Part shown: positions 52,501 to 64,000 of the stretch, piece after piece
How positions within the stretch are numbered: the first letter of the stretch is position 1
Layout: each line of letters starts with the position of its first letter
NCBI RefSeq assembly: GCF_037042905.1
Contig: NC_087263.1
Location: 14,386,001 to 14,450,000, forward strand
DNA length: 64,000 bases
DNA from: Lytechinus pictus
Lineage: Eukaryota
Reading direction: 5' to 3'
Made by a program: the position numbers and the translations under genes
The notes under the pieces: generated by a model
Seen by the model: only the letters and a program-made list of their open reading frames with translations
What the model was told of the DNA's origin: nothing
Databases searched by the model: none

Positions 52501-52769
52501 ATAAAAACAATATAAAGAATGGGATGTCTTTAGGAAAAAACCCTTTTGTACACCTGGAAAACAATCAGACAAGCAGGATTTGCGGCGACTTTATGCGTCC
52601 TATAATGAGCAACTCAATTCTTAGTAATTATAGGCTTATACTTATCCCGCAGAGATTTATATACCCAATTATTGAAGCTTAAAAATGCCAACAAGATGAA
52701 AGATAACATATTAATTTATAAACAAACATATGAATTATAATCACATCTCCGTTCAAACATAATACAAAT

Positions 52770-52953
52770 CAGTGGCGTACCTAGGATTTTCCACAGGGGG
52801 GGGGCAAGCTCGTCAGAGGGGCAAAAAAGGTCTTTTAAGCTTGTCAGGGGGAGCAGGTATATGTCTTTTGTATGGGTTGTGGCTCGTCAGGGGGGGCAGA
52901 GTGCCCCCCCTGCCCCCCCCCCCCCCCCCCCCCCCCCCGTAGGTACGCTAGTG
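52770..52953. mobile_element. MITE, same family as 34668-34957
   Basis: Same TIRs; ATACAAAT duplicated. Confidence 0.85.
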
Positions 52954-55900
52954 ATACAAATTAATAGGCATCAATTGTATGAAAATTGTTGTTGGATGAT
53001 AATGAGATTTGCATATATTTTCATTTCATTTATTTTAAATTCTCATTAAAACATACAACATACAATTGAAATTAAAACTAAGGATACATGCACAGTATAC
53101 AAAATAAACAAAATGGAAAACATAACAAGTGAGAGAGAGAGAAAAAAATATGTGGGAGCCAGCATTGGATTCCGTGATATTTTAAAAATCATTTTGCATC
53201 ACAGAGTCCTCTAGGCTAAGCCAGCAAAGCCCTGTCAGAGGCTGGGTTCCAGAAATAGGCATCAAAATTTTAAAGAGATGGTTTGCTGATCACTCAATAA
53301 TTTTGATCAACGAATATATTCCTTTAATATATGAGTGTTCATTTATTTCTTCACTTTTTTATTTACATATATCTATACAGTTTCCAATAATAATAATAAT
53401 TAAAAAAAAACGTGTAGTACGATACCATGTGCATAATCTCTTGAAAACAATGAAGAAACAAGAACAAAGAGAATAAAGACCCCAAAAAAAAGAAAAATGA
53501 CGAAGAAAAAAAGGAAAAAAGAAAAAAGAGCAAATACAGAGAAGAATTTAAAAAAAGGGAAGAAAGAAAAAGAAAACAGACCCCAAAAATGAAAAGAAGG
53601 TAGAGGAAAAAATAAAAATAAAAATAAAAAAGGGGGAAAAGAAAATAAAACAGAACAAAAGAAAAGAATGGAGGAGAAAGAAAAACAAATAATTCAAACG
53701 AAAATATGTTACTTCTTTCAAAGAAAAAGCCGAAGCTAAAATAGTTGCCAGGCAAAGGGTGAAGCAAGAATTTACGGAACTAGACTCATGAATATTCATA
53801 ACAATCTCTATCCGACGCATCAAATGATAGCCTTTTGTCGGGGCATTCTGTTGTATTATCTATAATGGACTTTAGTGGTATTGGCAGGATCTGATGATAA
53901 TAAGAACTTACTGAAATCGCATATTCAATTATTATTTTATTTTTAAAGTATTTTTTCTCTTTTATCGTTTGTTTTTTGTTTTTTGCCCGTTTGGTAATAA
54001 AAATCAATCTATCTCGTTGCCTCGTCAAAAGGCTATATCAATCCTCCATTGCTTCCTGTACGAACGAGTTTTAATGCACACCGGCAAAATTTTCGGACGT
54101 TTTTGCTTTGTTTTGGGAATTATTTCGAAGTTTTGAGGGCCGCCCATATTGCGGCTTAAGTTGTAAGTATGTATTGATTCCTTTGTAACAGTTTTGTGCA
54201 ATTTTATGAATTTTTGATTGATTCCCGATGCTCATCTGATTTCATCTGGTGAGTCGGGGTGAATCACAACGCAGCCCGAACACAGTACGTGTTCGGGCTG
54301 CCGCAGTAAGGCCTAGCCTAATATTAATGATAAATATGAAGTTATTGAATTTTAGGATTTGCATTATTCCGGTGAAACAGTTCTAGGCATGTGATGTCTT
54401 CATATTCATGAATTAGCCTTAGGTGGGCTGATGTCATATCCCCACTTGTTCTTTTAAATTTTATTAAATGAAATTAGATTTCTAGATCTAGGTTGTTGTT
54501 GTTGTTGTTGTTCGTTGTGGGTCGTTTCCACACCCAAATGATCTCCTAGTCGGTATACTCTCAGTGTGTCTGTCACAAGATTGATGAGCTGCTAGGTACT
54601 ATTTGCTTAGATACTGGTGCTAGAAGTTGGCATTGGTGCTTTTGATGAAGCGAGCCAAAGAAGATGCTATTATATACACAACAAAAAAAGTAAGTCCCCC
54701 CTAGAACAAACATCAATAATTTCCGAACCAATGCGAGTTTTTGATATATTTTTACATGAGCGTGTAGGAAATTTTATAAGCTACCATCTGAGTAAATGTT
54801 GTGGACATATTTTACGTCATGCTTCAGTGAGCACCGTCAGAAGGCAAAAATGTCACTTTTCGAAAGTCACAAGCCAAATATCATGACTTTGATTCCATTT
54901 TAATGGAACTGATTCCGCATTCTCATCATGAAAAATAGTCAGAAGGCTTGAAAAAGGTACTTTCTAAAAGACGATACAACTTTTTTGGCTAAATTTCACG
55001 GTTGAATAAACACAAGTCCAAATTTGCTGTAATTGAAGTTTTTACACATTTTTATCAACAAAAATGATAGAATATGATGACGATTATTTTTGGGAAGAGT
55101 ATCTTCAACAATATTCATCATTTCACGATTCAATGAACATTTATTGAAAACAAAAAATACAATTTTCAAATATCATAGGCAAGTATTGTTTCATTTTGAG
55201 AACTGAAACTGATCTTTTATCAACTTTTTTGTTATGTTCATGACCAATTAACATGCTTCAATGATTCAAAGGCGCCTAATTAAACATTCACGCTTGAATG
55301 AACATGTGGAATGTGATTAGCTCTTTTTTACGTTATTGGAAAAAATGCAATTTGTAACTATGGATATCTGTCACAAACCTCCTTGCATGGTTCATTTGAT
55401 TTGATTTTTATGAAAATCCCGATGTTTAATGCATCAGTGAGCACACGATATTAGAAAATTATGCAAATGAGAAGAAAGTTCAAGGCCTTGGCCCCACTCT
55501 GTGCCGTATCGAATTGTTATTTTGGTGTGCGCGCCTTTTGGATAGTGTTACTCTGAAGCCATGTGCGAAGTTTCATGAAATAACTGTCGGCAGAAGTAAC
55601 AAAAACCGTCCATGAAACAAACCCTTATTTCATATTTGTTAAAATTTTGACTTCATCTCTCATAGACTTGTGTACATTATGGATGCATATGTTTAAGAAT
55701 AAGTAACCCCTTATTCAATATGGTGGAACTTTTTTTCAAGGCTGTCTTTAGCAATGTCATTTGGCAGTAATGTTTATCAACCTATGGGCAGAATTCTGTG
55801 CAAAAATGAAATCAATTTGTTTATTTATGGATGAGTGAGCACGCATCAAAGTGGGAAAATGGGTATTTTCAATGTCACAGACTCATTTTAAAGGGTAATA

Positions 55901-56723
55901 AGGTGAATATTGGGGGCAAATTCGGTTTCAAATGTGACTTTAATTGCTGTTGTTTTTATCATCCATCATTTCTATCACCACACACTTTCCGAACTTCTAA
56001 CATTTTCATGGTTGAGCGAGCACATGCAAAAACTTAGGAATGAATACTCTTTATACTGCATAAAAATGTATTCTTTTCCTAACAATTTCCCATGATGAGT
56101 TTACCCTTGGTGGTTATATTCCATCGCCTTTGCCAGAGTCTTACAGTGTTCTTCTTGATTAGATCTAGGTTTATTCACAAATTTTCTACCGAGAACTGAA
56201 ACAATTGGATTGACACCTGATTAAGTGCATGAGTTATTTATTGCCGCAACTTATTTTATCAGAATGGAGACACATTTTTTACACATGTATGAAAAAATGA
56301 AACAATTATGATTTCATGTAATAACAAGAAAAAGGAAAGTGGGGATGTGACATCATCAGCCCACCTAATCAGTAGAGGTGCACGGCCAATATGGGAGACT
56401 GTCTCCCATGTGGGAGATTCTCTCCAATATCAGAGACTTTTGTAAAGAATATGGGTATCCAATTTCAGAGACAGTCTCCAGTGTGGGAGATCAATTTCCT
56501 TTGTTTACATTTGCTGCAAAAGGATTACCTTGGCGGCAAATGGAAATGTGATAGGCCCTAAGCAGATTCCTCATGAAAAATTACCCCTTTTCAGCATCTA
56601 CATGTACTTTAAAAATTCACCGTCTACTTTTGTTTTGATAAGGATTTTTGTTGTCATCCACACACAAAACAAATAGGCTTCTGACCTCAGTGAGACAAAC
56701 TTTTGGGTTGAAGAAATTATGCT

Positions 56724-57318
56724 CTTCATCATCATCATCTGGTATACGGGAGTGAGGTAATCCTGTAGATCTCCCGGTCGTCAACGAAGTCATAATGGTT
56801 AACAAATTGCAAACTGATACATGATGCGTGTGTACTTGGATGTCGTCATGGAACATAGAACTGTTTGCTTTGCCAGAGTTTATCCAAGCCAGTTTTGAAA
56901 GCGACAAGATTACGTGCAGATATAAGTGATTCCGGCAAGGCATTCCATGAAGTAATAATACGTATGCTGAAGTAAATACCTCTAACATTAAGTTTCCGAT
57001 GTGTGCTAAAAAGTTTCAAAGAGTGTCCACGGGTTGTATTATAATGGGACCTTTCGAAAAAGTAATCTGGGGCAAGTCTGTCTAAGCCAGTATCTTGTAA
57101 ACTTGAATCATATCAGCCCTTTCACGGCGGTAGTGAAGAGAGAAGAGTTGAAGCTTTTTCAACCTTTCAGTGTAGGTTAGAGAAGACATACCAGGAACCA
57201 TTTTTGTAGCTCTCTGCACTGCCTCAATTTTACGATCATCAGTTACAAAGCGTGGATTCCAAGACACAGTACAATATTCGAGATGTGGACGGACAAGAGT
57301 TTTATTCAAAGGTATGAA
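56724..57318 (-). mobile_element. CR1-type LINE 3' fragment
   Basis: LVRPHLEYC..WNP..IEAVQRATKMVPG..YTERLKKLQLFSLHYRRERADMIQVYKIL, TRGHSLKL, (GAT)n tail. Confidence 0.9.
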
Positions 57319-58040
57319 CAGACCTGCCAACCAGTACGTTTTAGCCGTATTTAGTCCGTTTTTGCAACCAAAATACGGCAGTAAGTTTTTTCTTTAAAAA
57401 ATATGTTTTTTTTTTACAAAATCGTAATTTATTGAGAAAAATCATCTCTATATGTCTCTATTTCATAAAATGTACACAAATATGGTTATTAGATCAATGT
57501 AATTTCAGGTAACTTGTTTTTTTTTCCAATCATTTTGTAAAAACCAGGGTGAGATATACATGTACACAAGTTTCAATGGTTTTTTTTTTCATCTGCAAGA
57601 GCAGTGCGCATTTTAGCTTGCATGCAGCTTGAGCGCCGTGATGGGCGAGTGTTCCAAGCATTTTATTATGAAATGCACTTTTGGGGGGAAAAATACAAAA
57701 TATTTATCTCACACGGTAAAAATACTGATTTTGGGGGATAAGAATACTGAAAATGCAAAATACAACTTGGCAGCTCTGTATGAAGATATCCTGAGTTGTA
57801 TTTACATGTATTTACATGGATGTTTACACCAAACTTTTCATCAGGGTAAACTTTCCCTTTAAATTTAATAATCATTTCACTTCTTGAATCAGTAAAAAGT
57901 TACAAAGTGAGACACAAAATTTTCCAACTCTTTTCATTACATATTAATTAATGAACTGTAGATCTACATCGAATATACATGTAGTTGATAACCATCAAGG
58001 TTGAGGTTAACACAAAGATCTCTACAAGCTTTTCAATTAG

Positions 58041-58800
58041 TTTTTGTCTCACCTGCATAGCAGAGTGAGACTATAGGCGCCGCTTTTCCGACGGCGGCGG
58101 CGGCGTCAACACCAAATCTTAACCTGAGGTTAAGTTTTTGAAATGACAGCATAACTTAGAAAGTATATGGACCTAGTTCATGAAACTTGGCCATAAGGTT
58201 AATCAAGTATTACTGAACATCCTGCCTGAGTTTCATGTCACATGACCAAGGTCAAAGGTCATTTAGGGTCAATGAACTTTGGCCGAATTGGGGGTATCTG
58301 TCGAATTACCATCATAACTTTGAAAGTTTATGGGTCTGATTCATGAAACTTGGACATAATAGTAATCAAGTATTACTGAACATCCTGTGCAAGTTTCAGG
58401 TCACATGATCAAGGTCAAAGGTCATTTAGGGTCAATGAACTTTGGCCAAATTGGGGTATTTGTTGAATTACAGCCATAAATTTGAAAGTGTGTTGGTCTA
58501 GTTCATAAAACTTGGACATAATAGTAATCAAGTATCACTGAACATCCTGTGCGAGTTTCAGTTCACATGATCAAGGTCAAAGGTCATGTAAGGTCAAAGA
58601 ACTTTGGCCACGTTGGGGGTATTTGTTGAATTGCCATCATATCTCTATAAGTGTATTGGTCTAGTTCATAAAACGTGGAAATAAGAGTAACCAAGTATCA
58701 CTGAACATCTTGTGCGAGTTATAGTAGTTTTCAAAATCAGCACTGCTGCTATATTGAATCGCGTGATGCAGGTGAGACGGCCAGAGGCATTCCACTTGTT
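58041..58800 (+). mobile_element. non-autonomous Helentron/HINE-like element with ~162-bp tandem units; partial copies near 15554, 61306 and 61716-62240
   Basis: T-rich start, subterminal IR GTCTCACCTGCAT / ATGCAGGTGAGAC, (GGC)n microsatellite, internal tandem array, ends CTTGTT. Confidence 0.75.
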
Positions 58801-59181
58801 AACTTTTTCTGCTACCATGGTGTTGAATGCCGAAGAGAAGTCAACAAATGTAGCGCGGGAATATCTGTAACGGTTGTCCATATGACGTTGAATAGAGTGA
58901 GCAAGTGACCACACTGCATCATCTGTTGATTTATTCTTTTGGTATGCAAACTGAAATTTTTTTCTATCCTCTTGCGGAACTAGAGGACCAAGGAGATGAT
59001 TTGATACCATTCGCTCGAGACATTTCATAACTATCGACGTCAAGGCAACTGGGAGATAATCATTCGTTTCCTTAGGTCTTGGTTTTTTAGCGACGGGAAC
59101 AGTGATGGCAGACTTCCAACAACTGGGACGGTGTGTATCATCAATATGTGACTCTTGGAACAATATAATTTACAGGATTGC

Positions 59182-59536
59182 CAGACCCTGCCAACCAGTA
59201 CATTTTGGGCGTATTTAGTACGTATTTGCAACCCAAATACGACGGTACATTTTTTTCTTTAAAAAATATGATTTTGTAAAAAAAAAAATGTTATTTCAGG
59301 TAACTTTTTTTTTTTCAATCATAATATATTGTTAAAACCAGGGTGAGATATACATGTACACATGATTCAATGTTTTTTTTTTTTCATATCTGCAAGAGCA
59401 TAGCGCATTTTAGCTTGCATGCAGCTTGAGCATGCGCGCCACGCATTTTATTTATATGAAATACAGTTTTTTGGGGGAAAATACTTTTTTTTTATCACAA
59501 AATATAATTTTTCATTCCCAGAGGTTGGCAGGTCTG
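59182..59536. mobile_element. hAT-like MITE; related ends at 3332 and 57319
   Basis: CAGAC(C)CTGCCAACC / GGTTGGCAGGTCTG. Confidence 0.75.
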
Positions 59537-59836
59537 GATTTCAAGCTGATGAGCACATTCATTGAGAACTCTCCCCTTGACATGATCAGAACCACACGCT
59601 TCACACGGATTCACTAACTTGAATTTCTTCACTACGTCATTTGTTTCCACAAGATACATGTAGTTGCGTTGCGTAGAGCGACCAGAAGATGGGTCATCAA
59701 GGGTTTTGGATTTCCAGCTATTTACTCTTTCAAATCGACAAAAGAATTCATTCAATTCATTGGCCTTGCTATAGGAATCAGATGCAAATAAAAAGGGGTC
59801 ATCAGTCTTCCCTGAAAATAACCCCATTATTTCTCT

Positions 59837-60314
59837 AGGTGGTTTCAGACCGCCTCGAAGTTCGCCAGTTCCAGGTATTCTCTGATCGGGAAATTTACCC
59901 CGATCAGAAAATACCAGGTATTTTGGCGGTCTGAAAGCAAACTACGCGTAATATCCCCGAAAGAAAATACCCGATAAATAGTAGGTACTTGGCGAAATTA
60001 CGAGAACTTTCGCGGGGATTTTTCCAAGGTCGTGGGTATTTTGGCGGTCTGAAAGCAAAATACGGGAACTTTTAGCCCAGCGTGTCGTTGGGTGCGGCGC
60101 CGTGCATGGGTTGCTGCTGGGCTAGTGATTTTGAATTTCGCGCCTTGCTGCTTATCAGACCATACTGCGCATGCTCGTAACTTCAGGAACTTATCCCGAA
60201 GGGTATGTTTCAGGGCGGTGTGAATGCAGGAATAATTAATGGGTATTTTTCAGCCTAAAAAAGTTCTCGTAATTTAACGGGGATTCTTGTGATCGAGGCG
60301 GTTTGAAACCACCT
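59837..60314. mobile_element. PIF/Harbinger-like MITE
   Basis: TIR AGGTGGTTTCAGACCGCCTCGA / TCGAGGCGGTTTGAAACCACCT; TCT duplicated. Confidence 0.85.
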
Positions 60315-63300
60315 TCTGATACACCTCCAAGGATTTCGGGAATTGTTGGTCTTGAAGTTATCCTCTAATTTGGTACATTATGCCTGTTTAGCGTTTGGAT
60401 TTCTTTCTTTAAAATTCTTGAGCTGCTAATTACCATGTCTCGATTGTTGGACATGAAAGCGGACATTTGTCGCTTCATTGCATCTCTCTCTTTGTGATCC
60501 AAGGGTTTTTGGTTGGGTTTTATTTTTATGGTCTTGGTTTGGACACTGCTATCTACACAACAGTGTACATACGTACTGTAGTCATTAATTCATTCAGTCT
60601 CAACTTCAATGTATAAACCCGAGAAAATATCCCAATTTGTGCTTTCAAAACAAGATTGCAATCTTTCGATAGTAGCTTTGTCCCACATTTCAACATCTTT
60701 CCTCGTGGGTTTTGAAGATTTAAGTTTCTGTTGATACTTGGGCAGAAGATTACGATCAGAGTTTCCTGTCATGCCAATTTCAACCACGTAATTTTAGACC
60801 GTATTATGTGGTATGCACATGTATACATGTATAATGCAAGCGTGTAGTCTAAGCATCGCACTGCGCACTACTATTTTCGCATCAGTTTCAATGGCAAATA
60901 TGCGCATTCTTTTTAGTTTTTTTTCTTTTTAAGTTTTAGTATTTTATTTTTTTGTTACTATTATTATTATTATTATTATTACTATTACTACTACTACTGC
61001 TACTATTATTATCATTATTATCATTATTGTTAAATTATTAGTAGTACTATTACTAGGAATAGTAGTAGTTGTTGTATGTTCTAGCTTTATACTGCTCATA
61101 TCATTCTGCGCCAGCATAATATGTGGTAAATTTTATACAATTTTTTTGCATTCACATCAATTCAATAAATGGAAAGTGTAGTAGTAGTAGTAGCAGCAGT
61201 TGTAGGTTTTAAGCCTTTTTTATGAATACACTACCAGTCATAATTCTTTGACTACCTGTTTCAACCAGAGAACAATAGATTCAGTCCACTGAAATTGAAT
61301 ATTATTTTTGTCTCGCCTGCATAGGAGAGCGTGACTATTGGTGACTGCTTTTCTGATACATGTATGATAGCAGTGGAGGTGATGGCAGCGATGTCAACAT
61401 TGAAATCTTAACCAGGGCTAATTTTTTTAAAAGTCATCATGTTAAATTTAGAAAGATTTTTAAAGGTCAAGTCTACCTCAAAAAAATGTTGATTTGAATC
61501 AATTGAGAAAAATCAGACAAGCATAATGCTGAAAATTCATCAAAATCGGATGTACAGTGTATAAAATTAAAGAAAGTTATGACATTTTAAATTTTCGCTT
61601 ATTTTTCACAAAATAGTTATCTGCACAATTTAGTCACATGCAAATGAGAGAATTAATGATGTCCCTCTCTCACTATTTCTTTTGTTTTTTATTGTTTGAA
61701 TTATACAATATTTCAATTTTTGTCTCGCCTGCATAGCAGAGCTAGACTATAGGCGCCGCTTTTCCGACGGCGGCGGCGGCGTCATCGTCAACATTGAAAA
61801 TCTTAGCCAAGGTTAAGTTTTTGAAATGTCATCATAACTTAGAAAGTATATGGACCTATTTCATTAAACTTGGACATAAGGGTAATCAAGTATTAATGAA
61901 CATCCTGCCTGAGTTTCGGGTCACATGACCTAGGTCAAAGGTCAATAGGGTCAATGAACTTAGACCATGTTGGGGGAATCAATATCGAAATCTTAACCAA
62001 GGTTAAGTTTTTGAAATGTTGTCATAACTTCGAAAGTATATGGACCTAGTTCATAAAACGTAGACATAAGGGTAATAGTGTATGACTGAAGATCCTGCCT
62101 GAGTTTCAGGTCACATGATTAAGGTCAAAGGTCACTTACGGTCAACGAACTTTGGCCATGTTAGGGTTATTTGAGGAATTTTTCATCATAACTTTAAGGT
62201 TTATGGATCTAGTTCATGAAACTTGGACATAAAAGTAACTGTGACGTATAACTACTAGTGACTTGACAGTAGACAGTACTCAAACAAAAGACTCGGTGAC
62301 GCGGAATTTCCAGTTATCATACGATGCATCAAGTATACAATCTGGGCATACCATCTAGCATACCATCGAGCATACCATCGAGCATGTTCAATCTGTAGCA
62401 TAAAAATATAAACAAACAATAATAAGCATCTGTATATGCAGTTACATTTATGTACTTGCATGAGATAAAATAAATAGTCTATGTATTGCACAAATTATTT
62501 GTGACGTTTGAATCTTGCATAAATAATATTCTGGTTTCCTGTAACATACCTATCAAATTCTGTCAATGTATTCCAAATGACCTTGAATAAACTTTGCAAT
62601 ATGCGGTTAAATAAACAAAACCTTGACTTCGTTTCATTTGTCCTTTATATCCACTACGATACTTAAATATTACCTTGCCTCTAAACTATATACTCTGAGG
62701 CATTATTGACTAGCAATAACTTTACTCAAACCAATAACTAGGCTTTCATTTCACCTTCACTGTATGTGTTATTTGTAATTATCAGGGCTTTAAAATGCAC
62801 CAAAAAACTGGCTTTAATGCCTTATTTCCAAACTCATACATATACTGTATCCTTTTCAACAACTAGAACCAATGTAGCTAACAAAGAACAACATTTGTTT
62901 ATTTGACATTCCATTTCGTTTACAACTCTGAACATGAATAGCCTACTATGCACTGTGTGCGAGATTACCACACAGTACCGTACCGATATGCTATTACGCA
63001 ACACTCTTCATGTGCATGTCCAAGTACCTATCAATGTACAATGTCAATATACGTTTATCACACGTGTATTCTATACGTAAACTCCAAACACTTTCACCAA
63101 AGTTATGAGCTAAATTAACAACAAATTAATTATCGTCTCGAGTTAATTTTGGCTCCATATATTCAGTTAAACATTACATTACGGAAATATAAAGGTCCTT
63201 TTACTTACAACATTGGACTTGTACCGATTATCTTGAATTCTAACTGTAAAGTCACGACGGGCTGAACTTTAAATCTTTGTCGATCTTGGCAAGGCCAATT

Positions 63301-64000
63301 TCCAACGCCCTCTATCGACCCAGATAAATGATGCTACAACTCAATAACGTCTCTGACGTCATGTTAAATATTTCAAAGAAAAAATACACTTTCTAAATCT
63401 TACACTCCGGCCCCTTAAATGCATAGACACAACGGAGCATTTATCAATTTTTTCTTTCACGATTAAAAATTACACTGTATCTTGCTTCCCTTTAATCATT
63501 TGAACTGACTGGTAAACAAGAATACACTGAACTCCAAATACCTTTAAATTGCATGTACCTGTATATAAATAATAACGTGCACTATTTGCTTTAGTACACA
63601 TAATTGGCTTTGACAACAATTGAAATCGACAACCCTTTCCAATATGGCAGTCTAGAAAATAATTTGATATAAACTTTAAATGCTTGTGACCTAGAGACAT
63701 TCAGTTATGCTCAAGAAAATAATGAATTGCTTTTTTCCCGCAATCATCTATAAAACATTGTCCCTTTAAAACATAAATTAACATCTATATCCTATTATTT
63801 TTACAAACATTGTGTTCCCTATTACACAATATCATATCATTTTCTGGGTCTTCACAGATTAAATTCAAATTCTAGCTGAACATACAGTATATACACAAAG
63901 TATAAATCTAACGTTATGTATCTTCAATCCTTACAACTCTGAATATTTCCAACTATTCTTTTCTTGTAAAAACACTTGAATTGAGTCGGTGTTTAAACTC

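Larger units (their letters stand above)
58801..60790 (-). mobile_element. Rex1/Babar-like LINE RT fragment, interrupted by MITEs
   Basis: WKSAITVPVAKK..NDYLPVALTSIVMKCLER, QFAYQKNKSTDDAV, FVDFSSAFNT, ANELNEFFCRFE, LQSCFESTNWDIF. Confidence 0.85.

Noticed and set aside
53363..53823. Phe-rich ORFs
   Set aside because: Translation of a low-complexity A-rich tract
56617..56988. 123-aa ORF
   Set aside because: Lies in the CR1 3' end/UTR and (GAT)n tail

Overview
AT-rich, intron- and repeat-dense animal genomic DNA. The repeat families resemble sea urchin/echinoderm elements (inference). One host gene is clear: a HINT2-like histidine-triad hydrolase on the + strand, with four firm exons at 21656-24212 and a probable 15-nt first coding exon at 7233-7247. 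The most unusual element is an 8.0-kb LTR retroelement (40776-48801, TAAG target-site duplication). It carries one intact 664-aa Gag-like ORF, no pol, and a 3.9-kb hairpin-rich leader. Its two LTRs are identical at both ends but clearly diverged in the middle. Other elements: a composite of TATA-joined units with 464-bp long direct repeats inserted into a palindrome just upstream of the HINT start; a 4.3-kb pogo-like element with an intron-split transposase remnant; a probable AcademH-like relic (RecQ-type helicase plus converging Cys-rich ORF); a foldback-like inverted repeat; LINE fragments; a tRNA-derived SINE; Helentron-like elements; and many MITEs. All alignments were made by eye and no database searches were run.
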